64,000 nucleotides of DNA from a virus (taxonomy: Duplodnaviria > Caudoviricetes), in the IMG/VR virus record IMGVR_UViG_3300028914_000078, positions 3,752 through 67,751 of that record. The stretch is one strand, 5' to 3'. The notes beneath the pieces were generated by a model. It was given only the letters and a program-made list of their open reading frames with translations. It searched no databases and was not told the DNA's origin. Of the stretch, positions 10,101 to 19,998 are shown in pieces (within the stretch, counting starts at the first letter, position 1; each line of letters opens with the position of its first letter). The position numbers were made by a program, and so were the translations under genes.

Positions 10101-11901
10101 AACGGCAGTGAGGAATGGTGCGGCTGATGTGGATAAGGTCATCACCAATCTTCAGGTCAAGTACCGCATGTATGATTTGGTTGAGAACACCGACGAGAAC
10201 AAGAAGGCGGTAAAATCCTTCTTGGCAAGTCTCACACTTGCCTTACAGGCACTTATGGGAGTCGAAGCGGATGCCATGACTACCTATAATGATGCTGTGA
10301 ACAAGTTGCTGGTATCCGCACAGGAAAAACAGCTTCAGGCAGTGCAGGATAATGCCAAGACCACGCTCAAGGCCAAGCGTGAGAATGAGAAGAAGCTGCT
10401 CGAACTGGAGCAGGAGGCCGACCGTAAGAGCTACCAGCAGCAGCTTGGCGCGAATTATGATAGCGAGGAGGCATATAAGGCCCTTCTTGCTGCGCAGGAA
10501 CAGGAGTTGCAGAACCTCAATGACAAGTGGAAAGAGGAAGACGCCGAGATGTTGCGCACCCACAAGAAGACAATGCTCTCACTTGTTGCATCTACTGCGC
10601 TCGGAGCAAAGGCGTCCTACGACGCACAGGTTGCAATTCTTGCTGAAGAATACCAGTATCGCATAAACCACGCCGCGCAGACAGGAGAGGATGTAAAGAA
10701 TATATATGCGGAGTGGGCGAAGCAGAATCTCATTGCTTATCGTGCATATACGGAGGCTGTCAAAGACGAGACTCTTAGGTTACGTGATATTGTTCTCGAG
10801 ACCAATAAGCGTAACCCCAATCTTTTCACTGATATTTTCTCGTTTGCCAATATAAGTGCAATTCAGAGTAATCTTGACATCGAGATAGAGCAAATTGTCA
10901 ACGATGGGCTCAAGAAGCTCACGGGTGAGAACGCACAGAAGCTTAATGAAGCATTTGCCGACGGCAAATTGGATATCGGTCAGATGGTTGCTGACAATAT
11001 GTCTACTGATGAGATGAAGAAGGCCCTTTCTGAATTTGGTCTTGCCGGTAAGGAGTTTGAGGCTGTTTGGGCTTTGGTTTGCAAGGATTGCGCTGAGACA
11101 ACCGATGATGCCAACAAGGCTATGGTTGAATCCCTGACGGATGCCGTGGATGCCATGATGGCGTACATGGACAAGATCAACGGGCTCATGGATTCTTTCT
11201 CAGACAATAAGAAAACTGACATACAGAACAAGATGGCCGAGTATCAGAAGATGTATGATGCGTTCTCTGACAGTCTCGATGAGCTCAACGACAAGAATAC
11301 AGAGGGGTTGACCAAGAAGGAGAAAGATGAGCTTGAGCGGCGCAAGAAGATGGACGAGGATGAACTCGCACGTATGCAGAGCCTCATTGACGAGCAGGAG
11401 GGGCTTTTGGACGAGCAGAAGCGCAAGGACTTCAACCGTGAGAAGGCTTTCAGCATCGCAAACGCGACCATCAGCAGCATCGAGGGTATTGTCAAGACCC
11501 TTAGTAGCACAGTGCCCCCGTTGAACTATATCCTCGCTACTGCTCAAGGAGCGTTCGCTGCTGCACAGATAGCCGCTATCGCATCTCAGCCATATCCGTC
11601 CTATGCTGTTGGTGCATATAACCTCCCTGAGGATCAGATGGCACAGGTGCACAAGGGTGAGATGATCATCCCGCGCCCATTTGCTGAAGAACTCCGAGAT
11701 AACGGAGGTATCGGAGGCGATATAACCGTCAACCTGTATGGTGTAGGAGATGGTGCGGAAGTTGATGAATCATCGTCTGAGGGCGTAAGGCAGATCGACA
11801 TCTATGTTTCCAATAAAGTCAAGACAATGGTCGCCCGTGGAGAGCTCGATGGAGTGCTCCAGTCAAGGTATACATTGGGAAGGAACGGCAAAAGAGGCTG
11901 A
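7135..11901 (+). CDS. Tape measure protein
   Basis: 1588 aa helical Ala/Glu/Lys-rich; C-terminal 'AIASQPYPSYAVGAYNLPEDQMAQVHKGEMIIP'. Confidence 0.92.
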   Translation: MTVVDVLTYVITGDVSKLEGSLEEANTQANKLIKDLNDNFKGLGEDVEAKVEELVMQFTSAAGKIRDIAGKDLTFQEAIDSVQLLGKEFVKLSGDIAPLVKGDIEMFAKSITDSITAMASLSDDEIYYQQALARMAEQQKQVLAERESALFAEKDAQDRAADAAIYRYEREREALEVAAAAEEEKRYREALANAAWQEEAQEILRRRQEQVEAMNAEADAAMHSYDEAKKFREEQELSNQALLTSSERVADVKDKLEELSEKYEKNKEKLEPLVEGTQALSTALNSLQSLAGLDFSFDMIKSLTKDAGNAEKALTRMSAVFKTSVNDAVSASKRIADSYGLSERAAQEMLAYAGQVFTEQGFMVDQALEMAEAFVKRAVDLQSMAQGGQDSAAALKAMVSALISGTKALKSWGVAFTAQDVATEAAIHDLNAYNGKLEGTAKILASYYTILNKTSEAEGNFALNEQNLVNIQQEYNAAVEELRIALGENFLPLMKDMLVLVTNLADFLGEHKWFSSFIAIVLSGAVALKAFSAAAGAGIKAAIGLQTAMKSTETAFRTATIAVNAFNVATGVLALAGILSTIVAIIGAANTATDSAQALSDAVDSMANKGALDKDEVKELNNSWKNFNKDIKNGQQEVADQQEYVNQLHEKELEHLAIYGAAQKELSNARRTNDKASVAFYEARVTAYENIIAAVRELRKEEEATLVADEARVERAENEREAFVLRLSRAYLEAGEEAALLAGLNEELIAEIKTMTEKLKEAQEAGMDLDAYARTLSRSTADWDTLLKNAETHYNNAMKAAEKATGDYNVTMLRNIDLIEKQREEYDKTSRTQLDTIMKLNGFSDMSAKMLQENAAAIVAGDKALDDWADGIEGDTEKIDLQVRYVINAMLSAEKWFNTESAAYRQEFINSTTKDMDKFTEYLTKLTDKTAVTLKDQYTKTLNSGIETFTDAVIAAYGSTGGLTGILSDFLGGEDGKEFPIQAVIEDAVTAVRNGAADVDKVITNLQVKYRMYDLVENTDENKKAVKSFLASLTLALQALMGVEADAMTTYNDAVNKLLVSAQEKQLQAVQDNAKTTLKAKRENEKKLLELEQEADRKSYQQQLGANYDSEEAYKALLAAQEQELQNLNDKWKEEDAEMLRTHKKTMLSLVASTALGAKASYDAQVAILAEEYQYRINHAAQTGEDVKNIYAEWAKQNLIAYRAYTEAVKDETLRLRDIVLETNKRNPNLFTDIFSFANISAIQSNLDIEIEQIVNDGLKKLTGENAQKLNEAFADGKLDIGQMVADNMSTDEMKKALSEFGLAGKEFEAVWALVCKDCAETTDDANKAMVESLTDAVDAMMAYMDKINGLMDSFSDNKKTDIQNKMAEYQKMYDAFSDSLDELNDKNTEGLTKKEKDELERRKKMDEDELARMQSLIDEQEGLLDEQKRKDFNREKAFSIANATISSIEGIVKTLSSTVPPLNYILATAQGAFAAAQIAAIASQPYPSYAVGAYNLPEDQMAQVHKGEMIIPRPFAEELRDNGGIGGDITVNLYGVGDGAEVDESSSEGVRQIDIYVSNKVKTMVARGELDGVLQSRYTLGRNGKRG

Positions 11902-11931
11902 TTGCTTTTTGAAGCCTTGATAATGTATAAT
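11902..11931 (+). promoter_or_regulatory. Possible sigma70-type promoter for the tail-tip genes
   Basis: TTGCTT-18 nt-TATAAT, then AGGAGG and ATG at 11953. Confidence 0.45.
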
Positions 11932-11952
11932 GTAGCCATGTAGGAGGACTGC

Positions 11953-12327
11953 ATGGCTGCAACTTATTCATGGGACGCTACTTGGCTCCTCAATTCAGAC
12001 TGGTCGGACACCCCTTCGATGGCTGTGGTGGAGAACAAGCCTGAGATAGGCCCGCCCATAAGACGTATGCGTTCACACAACGAGAAGCACGTTCTCTCTT
12101 GCAGCGTCGATATGACTTATGCACAGATGAATGTGGATCTCCCGACATTCATATACAATATCAAGGGCGGAATTCTTCCGTTCAGGTTTACGTCTCCCGT
12201 AGACGGCGCTACCTATGATGCTTACCTCGAGGGCAGTAACGGGCAGTTCTACACTAGGAAACGTAAGAACGCCTCGCTCTATACGGTTTCGTTCAAGATT
12301 GCATATTACAAGATAGGAGTGGCCTGA
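11953..12327 (+). CDS. Distal tail protein (lambda M-like)
   Basis: 124 aa after the tape measure; 'PEIGPPIRRMRS', 'PFRFTSPVDG'. Confidence 0.7.
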   Translation: MAATYSWDATWLLNSDWSDTPSMAVVENKPEIGPPIRRMRSHNEKHVLSCSVDMTYAQMNVDLPTFIYNIKGGILPFRFTSPVDGATYDAYLEGSNGQFYTRKRKNASLYTVSFKIAYYKIGVA

Positions 12328-12830
12328 TGTCTTTGCCGTATGAGGATCTCTATAAAGGCGTTATCGAGGGCCTTTATGTAAATGTTGTAAGGATACATTA
12401 CAAGATTGGGACTTCCGGCGGCACGGTGTGCCTCAATGACAGCGGGAGCCAGTTCTCATTCAAGGGTGAGGATTATCTTCCTGTTGGTTTCACGCTTACC
12501 GAGCCTGACAAGGCCAGTGCTGAGGAGGGCAATGGCTCTCTCAGCATAGCCGGCGTTCCGAGCTCATATATTCAACTTGTGCAGGAGGCTAATCAGGACG
12601 ACGGGATCACTGTGGATGCCGCTCTTGTGAAGCTTGTGCTGAACAACGGCGTTCTGTCAGTTGAGGGTAATGATTATATTCTTGCGCCTACAGAGTATAC
12701 TCTAGAGAGTGTGAGCATCAATTCAGCTTCAGCAGTGCTTACGTTGAATCTGAAGTCGGGTGGTGCTCTCGGTTATATAGCATCGACTCTGTGCTATACG
12801 AGTTCTTTGTTTCCGGGGCTGTGCGGATGA
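12327..12830 (+). CDS. Minor tail protein (DUF1833/lambda L-like)
   Basis: 'FKGEDYLPVGFTLTEP' and position in the M-L-K-J order. Confidence 0.65.
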   Translation: MSLPYEDLYKGVIEGLYVNVVRIHYKIGTSGGTVCLNDSGSQFSFKGEDYLPVGFTLTEPDKASAEEGNGSLSIAGVPSSYIQLVQEANQDDGITVDAALVKLVLNNGVLSVEGNDYILAPTEYTLESVSINSASAVLTLNLKSGGALGYIASTLCYTSSLFPGLCG

Positions 12831-13210
12831 TGACACCTGAGGAGTACTTTGAGAGGTGCCGCGATATAAAGTACGCGAAGACGTGCAAGATAGGCGGGTT
12901 CGGGGAGCCGATGAGCTGCTACGGGTTCATCTATTGGTATTACAGGCTCTGTTTGGGTATGGAGCTTCCTTACGAGGATGTGGTATCCTTTGAGAGTGTC
13001 ACGGGGCTGCATTACGAGCCTACAGACAGTCCTGTGGATGGTGATGTGGTGGATATAAGGTCGCTCCGTAGTGTGTATCAGACGCATGTCGGAGTCCTTT
13101 ATAAGGATTTTGTCTACCATTTCACAGAAGATGGGCTGATGTGCAAGAACAGGTTCCGAATGGGGAACTGGGTTAAGGGGTATTACCATGTTGTTCAGGA
13201 TAAGACGTGA
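12827..13210 (+). CDS. NlpC/P60-type tail protein (lambda K-like)
   Basis: 'SCYGFIYWYY' (Cys) and 'THVGVL..FVYHF' (His); ATGA overlap. Confidence 0.75.
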   Translation: MMTPEEYFERCRDIKYAKTCKIGGFGEPMSCYGFIYWYYRLCLGMELPYEDVVSFESVTGLHYEPTDSPVDGDVVDIRSLRSVYQTHVGVLYKDFVYHFTEDGLMCKNRFRMGNWVKGYYHVVQDKT

Positions 13211-16200
13211 GATATTCAAGGCTGGTGAGTTCGAGCAGCATTTCATAAACGAGAAGGTCACCAAGGCTGATCTCTGCAGGGAATACCATCTAGACCCCGC
13301 TACTACAGAGTTCTACGGAAACAACGGGAACCTGATTGATTGCGCGGATGACGTCATACTTGATGAGCCTTTCCTTGTGGCGATGCAGAAGCCGGGTGAG
13401 CTCGGAACAGCTATAGTGGTTGGTGCCATAATTGCCACGGCATTGGCTGTCACTGGAACGATTGTATATGCTGTCGGAGTGACCTACTGGGATTGGAAGG
13501 ACATCTTCGGGTGGTTCAACCATGAGCAGGCACAGGTGGCATATGCTTACTCACTTAGAGGTTCGGCTAACCCGCGAAGGAAGGGCGGACATATAGGATT
13601 GCTTCTTGGGCGTGCTTGTGTCGCAGCTGATCAGGCCGGTATGGTCTATTCCAGTTATAACCCGAACAACCTCGTGTCTAGCGGAAGCGGTAAACAGTGG
13701 ATACACCAGTTGTTCTGCTATGGCTACAAGGATGCCGTGGTCATGAAGGACGATTCCTTCAAATCCACAGGCAACCCGCAGGGCTATATGGTTCGAATCG
13801 GCGAGAGCCCGATTGACATTTACGGCGATTCAATTTCAATTGAGATAAACAACGACAGCCCGGCTACGCCCGTGGATGTATCAGATTTTGCATATTACAA
13901 CAAGCGCTGTGTCGAGGAAGGCCTGACAATCAGGCTCGATGGTGCGGAAAGTGACGCCTCAGAGGGAGATCCGACTGCCCGTTATAAGGCCGGTGTTTCC
14001 CGCACATCTCCGACAAACACCAAGATTCTCCGTGTGGGTGTCTGTGCTCCTTACGGTTGGTACATCCAGCATGAGGGAGGCACTGACAATATCCGCGCAC
14101 TCAGGATGCACTACGGCATAGACATCAAGGCACACAGCAGCAATTCATGGCCTTCCTCCCACTGGGTCAACCATGACAGTGATGAAAAATACAACGGCAC
14201 CTATTACAGGGCCATGCATGAGGTAGACCCGGCTTCATGGCTTTCGTCCTACGGGGAGGCGACTGACCCGAACAACCAGTATGATGTCCGTGTCTATCGT
14301 TATGGATGGGATGATCCGTCCAACCTGACCAAGCAGGACACGTTGATGGTTGAGCTCGTGCAGTTCGACACACGTAACTCCGTGAATGTGTCGGGGCTCA
14401 CCGAGAAGGACAGGACGACTCCTGTCCGCATGTCGCACAGGTTCGGTCTCATGGGCATGTATGCCGAGGCCACGGATAAGTTGAACGGTTACATCAACCA
14501 GCTCAATATCGAGTGCTTCCTGAACACATACTATTTCACCGGCAACTCACCGAGTAATGATCCTTCCATGTGGAGAAAGGATGTCGATCCCTCAGAGGTT
14601 GACGACAGGAATAACCCTGCTAGTGTCCTTCTCTACATGTTGTTGAGCAACGATGCCAACCCGAGGGCCTTGAACATCGGAAGCACAAGTCATGGAAGTG
14701 CGACATCGGGCTACAGGTTGCTGTCAAATTCGGCATCGTCATATCCCGACATCAACAAAATAGACTGGTATTCCCTCAGTGAGTGGTTCCTTTTCTGCAA
14801 GAGCATGAAAGACCCCGAGAACCCGAACGATGACGGGTGGAAGTGCAATGCGTGGGTCACCGAAGAGCTTACTGTCGGTGAGATCTGCTCACGTATCTGT
14901 CTCACAGGCCGTGCCTTGTTCAGGGTCATGGATGGCAAGTACACCATACTCATACAGCGTGAGAACGACAATGTCACTCAGATGTTCACTCCGAGGAACG
15001 CTTGGGACATGCAGGAGTCCCGTTCGTTCGAGAAGCCTGCCAGTCTCGGGAAAGCCACGTTCATCGACATGGACACCGCCGAAGAGGTGGAGCGTTATGT
15101 ACTTGTTGACGAGAACAACACACTCACATACCCCGAGGACATCTCGACCGTCGCATCATCCCTTACGGATAATGCTGAGACATACGAGCTTTGGGGAGTC
15201 ACGAAGCCACATCAGGTGGCGCAGCTCATGGCTTTCCAGTTGCTCTGTAAGAGACTTCAGACCCGCACATATACATGGAGATGCTCGCTTGAGTCCATCA
15301 CCTGTGCTGTTGGTGATGTCGTGTACCTCGCCAATGATATGTTCCTGTTCAGTCTCGGCTATGGGCGCATTACTGAGGTTCTGACATCAGGCGGAAATGT
15401 CACTGGAGTCAAGGTCGACGAGTCAATGGGCATCGACCCGACCAAGAGTTACGGAATCACAATCCGAAAGAGTGACGGCACTCTTGGTTCATATCAGATA
15501 AATCAGGACACGTCTGACTCCCATACTCTGTATTTCACCACACCTGTGGCTGTATCCTCGGCCAATGTGCTTGAAGGCAATCTGTTCATCTACGGTGACA
15601 ACTCCGCGATAGGCAAGAAGGTCATCATAACAGCCATAACGCCTGATCAGGACAGAAGTGCGACAATTACCGCAGTTGACTACATCCCTGCGGTCTACAC
15701 GATTGTGGAGAACACTCCTATCCCAGCATATGTCAGCGGAATCAGTGTATATGGCAGCGGAGCGAATGTCTCCAAGGGTGTCGTGCCTCCTGTCAGCTAT
15801 CAGCAGGGCGCTACCGGAGCGGCGGGTGCAAGGGGTTCGGCTTGGTCGAGTGGAACCGCAATCCACGGTTCTGATCCTAACAATAGGTACAGGGGATTTG
15901 CCGGTCTTGTTGGGGATTACTATCTGAACACAGCCACTAATGATGTCTATATATGTGTAGAGGAAGGCGATGTTCGGAACGCTCTGTGGGAGTGGGTTGC
16001 CAACATCCAAGGGGATCCGGGTGATGTCTCTCAGGTCAAGTACGAGATAGAGTATGCACTTAGTACATCCCCGAACGACCCTCCGTCATCTACACCTGCT
16101 GTGTGGGGATACGATGATGATGAGTCATACGGTGCCGAAGACCCATCGGATGACGCAGAGTTCGAGTATGGTTTTCCTGACGTGTTCGATTGGGGAAGCA

Positions 16201-18269
16201 ATTATGACAGATGGTATAAAGGTCTCTATGTTTGGCAGAGGCTGAAGATCACCGATGCGGATGGAGCTGTCACATATACCGACCCGACATACTGTAAGGA
16301 AATCACCGAAAGTCTCATTTCGGGCTGTATTTTCACTGTTGTGCTGACAGACAGCGACGGCAATGGAGATACGCAGACATGGGAGAGGAACCTCGCTGAT
16401 TCGACTAACACTGTTACTATCCAGTTCAGAGTCGTGGCTAGGGCGTACGGGGGTACGTCAGCTTTCCTGTCAGCCCTCACATCCGTGAAGATAATACCGT
16501 TCAAGAACACGACCGCACAAACGGAGATCCCTTTGCCATCCCCGTCATCTGTGACGATTGATTCGGTCACAAGGCTCGCGACAGCAGTCTATACGTTGTA
16601 TTTGAATAAGAACAAGGATTGTGACTCGTTGGTGATAGATGCCACGCTTGTGGATGCTTATGTGGGCGAAGATGGTAATTCGTACACAATAACTTCCAAG
16701 GCAAGCGAGACAATGACTGCTGTGGATGTGACTGTGGCTGACCCGTTCGGCGGTCTTTTCCCCACTACCAAGAACAGCGTAAACACACTCGAGGCTGCTG
16801 ACGCCATTGCGGCGGCTTACTTTACAGGCAAATACGATGGTGTCATAGAGGGCGCCACCTATGCATTGAACTGTGACAACATCTCAGGTGCGAGCTTCCT
16901 CGGACTCCGCACGTACATAACAGGTTCGGGATGGACGTGGCTCAGCGGTGAAACTTTGGGTAAACCGAGGGTCTCTGAAATTTGTGCTAAAGCGCAGAAA
17001 GCCGTTTTGTCGATGATAACTCCCGGAACGGTCACACAGAGTGACTTCGCATACTTCAACACATTGATTGTCGGCATAATCACTGCTGACTATATAGGTG
17101 CGAAGCAGATAACATTGCAAAATGGCGGCCTTATTCAGAGCAGCGGCATAACGGAGGCAAACATACAGGACAACGGTTACCTTGATAAGGACGGATTCCG
17201 TCTTGAAGATGAAGGTATTCTCCGTTGTAAATCAGGATATTTCGGTGACATCCGTATTGCTGGGCAGTCCGTACTTGAGGGTCAGGTAGACAATGACTCT
17301 CTTTCCACATTCCCTGCTGCAACCAGCAAGACAATCACAGCCAGCTTCTCGCCGTCAGTCAAAACAGGAACCGCCGGCCACTATACCGTCTATGCATATG
17401 GACTGGCAAAAACAGCAATCAAAGCGAGTGCAGCGTTCGGAGAGACGGCTTTCTCGGGATACTTCACAGGAACTGTCGTTATTGATGGTGTCACGTATAC
17501 AGGCACGCTGCTTTCACCCATACGGGTGTATTATCAAGTCTTAACTGACGGGTCACCGGTTTTCGAGATAGGCGGCGCCGGATTCTCTATCGAATACGGA
17601 TATATCAACCGCCTCGGGAGGTACTCCTTCCCGGATGCGACAGATTATGCCATCTGCTCCAGTGTCAAGTATCAGCAGGGAACTCCCGTTGGTAATCTGA
17701 CTTCCGTTTCCTTGTCGGCAATAGTCAGCGAGGGCGGTTTTTATAGCCATGACATGCTGCCGAAGACTCCGAATGGAGATACAATCGGTGCTAGTGGCCA
17801 GCGTTATAAGGAAGTATGGGCAGGTGCGTTCCGTGGCGGATATATCCATGCCAATGAAGCCGAAAGCAGTCTAGGAGATCTGAACGTAGGTAAAGTCAAG
17901 AGTCGCGATGTCGTTCCCCCCGGAGCCATCGTACTCATTGATCAACGTGTAGACAGACAGGCTTCCGACTATCTTAGACATTTCCTTCCCTGTGACGGAT
18001 CCGCATTATCGAGGGAGGACTACCCAGATCTCTTCTATGAAATCGGTCTCTCCTGTACGCCTGCATACTCTTCATCAACCAGCTATTCCGTCGGTGCCTG
18101 CGTGACATATGGAGGCGAGACTAGGTGGGGATATAGGTGTATCAGGGCTTGTCAGGGGATAGATCCGATGGACGGTCTCAATGAGTACTGGGAAGAAGGA
18201 TACTTTAAGCTTCCGACGGCATCTTCTGTAATACTGCAGACCGGCTGCTATATGATTTCAACCTGGTGA
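13188..18269 (+). CDS. Central tail fibre/host-specificity protein (J-like) with C-terminal tail collar domain
   Basis: 1693 aa; 'NNPASVLLYML', 'TQMFTPRN', 'ESITCAVGDVV', 'ITAVDYIPAVY'; collar motif 'PPGAIV...FLPCDGSALSREDYPDLFYEIG...FKLP'. Confidence 0.85.
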   Translation: MLFRIRREIFKAGEFEQHFINEKVTKADLCREYHLDPATTEFYGNNGNLIDCADDVILDEPFLVAMQKPGELGTAIVVGAIIATALAVTGTIVYAVGVTYWDWKDIFGWFNHEQAQVAYAYSLRGSANPRRKGGHIGLLLGRACVAADQAGMVYSSYNPNNLVSSGSGKQWIHQLFCYGYKDAVVMKDDSFKSTGNPQGYMVRIGESPIDIYGDSISIEINNDSPATPVDVSDFAYYNKRCVEEGLTIRLDGAESDASEGDPTARYKAGVSRTSPTNTKILRVGVCAPYGWYIQHEGGTDNIRALRMHYGIDIKAHSSNSWPSSHWVNHDSDEKYNGTYYRAMHEVDPASWLSSYGEATDPNNQYDVRVYRYGWDDPSNLTKQDTLMVELVQFDTRNSVNVSGLTEKDRTTPVRMSHRFGLMGMYAEATDKLNGYINQLNIECFLNTYYFTGNSPSNDPSMWRKDVDPSEVDDRNNPASVLLYMLLSNDANPRALNIGSTSHGSATSGYRLLSNSASSYPDINKIDWYSLSEWFLFCKSMKDPENPNDDGWKCNAWVTEELTVGEICSRICLTGRALFRVMDGKYTILIQRENDNVTQMFTPRNAWDMQESRSFEKPASLGKATFIDMDTAEEVERYVLVDENNTLTYPEDISTVASSLTDNAETYELWGVTKPHQVAQLMAFQLLCKRLQTRTYTWRCSLESITCAVGDVVYLANDMFLFSLGYGRITEVLTSGGNVTGVKVDESMGIDPTKSYGITIRKSDGTLGSYQINQDTSDSHTLYFTTPVAVSSANVLEGNLFIYGDNSAIGKKVIITAITPDQDRSATITAVDYIPAVYTIVENTPIPAYVSGISVYGSGANVSKGVVPPVSYQQGATGAAGARGSAWSSGTAIHGSDPNNRYRGFAGLVGDYYLNTATNDVYICVEEGDVRNALWEWVANIQGDPGDVSQVKYEIEYALSTSPNDPPSSTPAVWGYDDDESYGAEDPSDDAEFEYGFPDVFDWGSNYDRWYKGLYVWQRLKITDADGAVTYTDPTYCKEITESLISGCIFTVVLTDSDGNGDTQTWERNLADSTNTVTIQFRVVARAYGGTSAFLSALTSVKIIPFKNTTAQTEIPLPSPSSVTIDSVTRLATAVYTLYLNKNKDCDSLVIDATLVDAYVGEDGNSYTITSKASETMTAVDVTVADPFGGLFPTTKNSVNTLEAADAIAAAYFTGKYDGVIEGATYALNCDNISGASFLGLRTYITGSGWTWLSGETLGKPRVSEICAKAQKAVLSMITPGTVTQSDFAYFNTLIVGIITADYIGAKQITLQNGGLIQSSGITEANIQDNGYLDKDGFRLEDEGILRCKSGYFGDIRIAGQSVLEGQVDNDSLSTFPAATSKTITASFSPSVKTGTAGHYTVYAYGLAKTAIKASAAFGETAFSGYFTGTVVIDGVTYTGTLLSPIRVYYQVLTDGSPVFEIGGAGFSIEYGYINRLGRYSFPDATDYAICSSVKYQQGTPVGNLTSVSLSAIVSEGGFYSHDMLPKTPNGDTIGASGQRYKEVWAGAFRGGYIHANEAESSLGDLNVGKVKSRDVVPPGAIVLIDQRVDRQASDYLRHFLPCDGSALSREDYPDLFYEIGLSCTPAYSSSTSYSVGACVTYGGETRWGYRCIRACQGIDPMDGLNEYWEEGYFKLPTASSVILQTGCYMISTW

Positions 18270-18282
18270 GAAAGGAGAGCAC

Positions 18283-18876
18283 ATGCAGACAAGAGACGCA
18301 TACAGGTTTGATCTTGACACAAGAGAATATCTCGGTATCCAACAGGCGTACCCCAACATCAGGAGGGAGGGTGAGTATATCTTACCTTACGGCTGCACAT
18401 TCGTGGCACCGCCTACGTACGGAGAGTTTGAGATTCCTGTGTTTGACGGCACATCGCAGTGGACTGTCGTTCCCGACTACCGCAGGAAAGAGGGCTCTGA
18501 GGGCAAGCCCTATTATAGGGATTCGGATTACTGGTGGGCTGAGCCCCAGTATATGGAGACCTATGGGGATATTCCTGAGGGCTGCTCGTTCGACAAATAT
18601 GAGAAGCCACAGGACGTGCTTGACGTGATCGAGTTGCAGAATATGTATGACACTCTTGTGGAAGAACTGCAAAGCACAGACTATTATGCACGTCGTTTGT
18701 ACGAGTATGAACAGGGATATGACAGCGATCCTGAGAGGGAAGCGCGGTATAGGTCTGAGTTGCAGAGGCTTGTGAAAGAACGTAAAAAGCTTGCACCATG
18801 GGGAGCACAGATAGATGTGTTAAAAGCACAAATTGTGCTAGAGTATGGTGAGGAAGCGCTGAATCATTTGAATTAA
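18283..18876 (+). CDS. Tail fibre assembly chaperone (Tfa-like)
   Basis: 'YRFDLDTREYLG...PYGCTFVAPP...PVFDG..WTVVPDYR' directly after the collar-containing fibre. Confidence 0.75.
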   Translation: MQTRDAYRFDLDTREYLGIQQAYPNIRREGEYILPYGCTFVAPPTYGEFEIPVFDGTSQWTVVPDYRRKEGSEGKPYYRDSDYWWAEPQYMETYGDIPEGCSFDKYEKPQDVLDVIELQNMYDTLVEELQSTDYYARRLYEYEQGYDSDPEREARYRSELQRLVKERKKLAPWGAQIDVLKAQIVLEYGEEALNHLN

Positions 18877-18888
18877 AGGAGTGTGCAT

Positions 18889-19233
18889 ATGAAACGTTTT
18901 TCCATTTTGGTTTTGTTGTTGTCGGTGTTCGTATTGTGCTTGCTGCCTTCTTGCAAGGCAACTCCCGAAATACCTGTTGAAGAACAGGTCGTCGGGTGGT
19001 GGGAAACTGAGGTTGGTGCATATGATTATCTTTTGCACATACGGGCTGACAAATGGGCTGTGTTTTTCAAAGTGCACAACGATGAAGTGTATGAGATCGG
19101 CGTCTACCAGTGGTTCATCGAGAACAATCTTTTTGTAATGGTAGACGAGCAACGTTATCCCGACATAGCGGAGTTCAGCCTCTCGGGTGACACTCTTGTT
19201 TTGGGCACGCTGATATACGCCAGAGTTTACTGA
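18889..19233 (+). CDS. Predicted lipoprotein inserted in the tail module
   Basis: MKRF + hydrophobic stretch + lipobox 'LPSC' then K; visibly more AT-rich than its neighbours. Confidence 0.7.
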   Translation: MKRFSILVLLLSVFVLCLLPSCKATPEIPVEEQVVGWWETEVGAYDYLLHIRADKWAVFFKVHNDEVYEIGVYQWFIENNLFVMVDEQRYPDIAEFSLSGDTLVLGTLIYARVY

Positions 19234-19322
19234 TGCCGCCCGTAATCGTCATATCGCGGGCACTTTGGATTTGATATTTTTTACGATTAGTATAGAATTG
19301 AGATAGACACGGAGGAACATAT

Positions 19323-19988
19323 ATGGCAGTTAAACCTTTCGCGAACGCACCTCATGCAGCGAAGAGCGCTATAGCCACTTCTTGGCTCATAGGAGTACAG
19401 GCGGGAAACACACCCAATGCAGTCAGTGAAATGAAATACCTCACCGTTGGTGAGTTCACTGAGTACGTGCGCTCGAATTACGGTTCGATGTGGAATTATA
19501 GGGGTGAGTGCAGCAATGCGACACCCACAGACCCTGTCAACAATGACTATTTCCTTGCTGTCTCGACTTTTGCAGAAGACGGAACAATTTACACAGCCAA
19601 CCACCTCTATGCTTATAACGGCAACACATGGGACGATGTATCCAATGTGCTGAATCAGTACGCAAGACAGTCCGCACTCGATCAGACGAATGTGGCTGTC
19701 GCGGCTCTCGAGGACAGGGCGGACACGGACGAGTCGAACATCACGTCTCTGGACGAAAGGGTTACGACCCTCGAACAGGCGGCACAGAGCGGCTACAACT
19801 ATAAGGGTGACTGCACGTACGCGAACCTGCCTACGAGCGGCCAGCAGCTCGGTGACATGTGGTACGTGACAGACCGCAACGACAACTATATATGGAACGG
19901 CTCGGTGTGGCGCGCACAGAACAATGTCGGCTGGGCGTGGGTGCTCCAGTCAGACGGAAACTACAAGCTCGGGCTTTTAGAGCATTAA
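19323..19988 (+). CDS. Tail-associated/fibre adaptor protein
   Basis: Two 'NY(R/K)G.C' repeats, a short coiled coil, 'GDMWYV...YIWNG..W'. Confidence 0.6.
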   Translation: MAVKPFANAPHAAKSAIATSWLIGVQAGNTPNAVSEMKYLTVGEFTEYVRSNYGSMWNYRGECSNATPTDPVNNDYFLAVSTFAEDGTIYTANHLYAYNGNTWDDVSNVLNQYARQSALDQTNVAVAALEDRADTDESNITSLDERVTTLEQAAQSGYNYKGDCTYANLPTSGQQLGDMWYVTDRNDNYIWNGSVWRAQNNVGWAWVLQSDGNYKLGLLEH

Positions 19989-19998
19989 GGAGAAATAT

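Noticed and set aside
13188-19988. A second DGR variable repeat in the other tail genes
   Set aside because: I found no other copy of CGCACTCCG or GGGGTGGCTCCC, nor a CLec-type C-terminus, by eye; a local alignment of TR against the whole genome would settle it.
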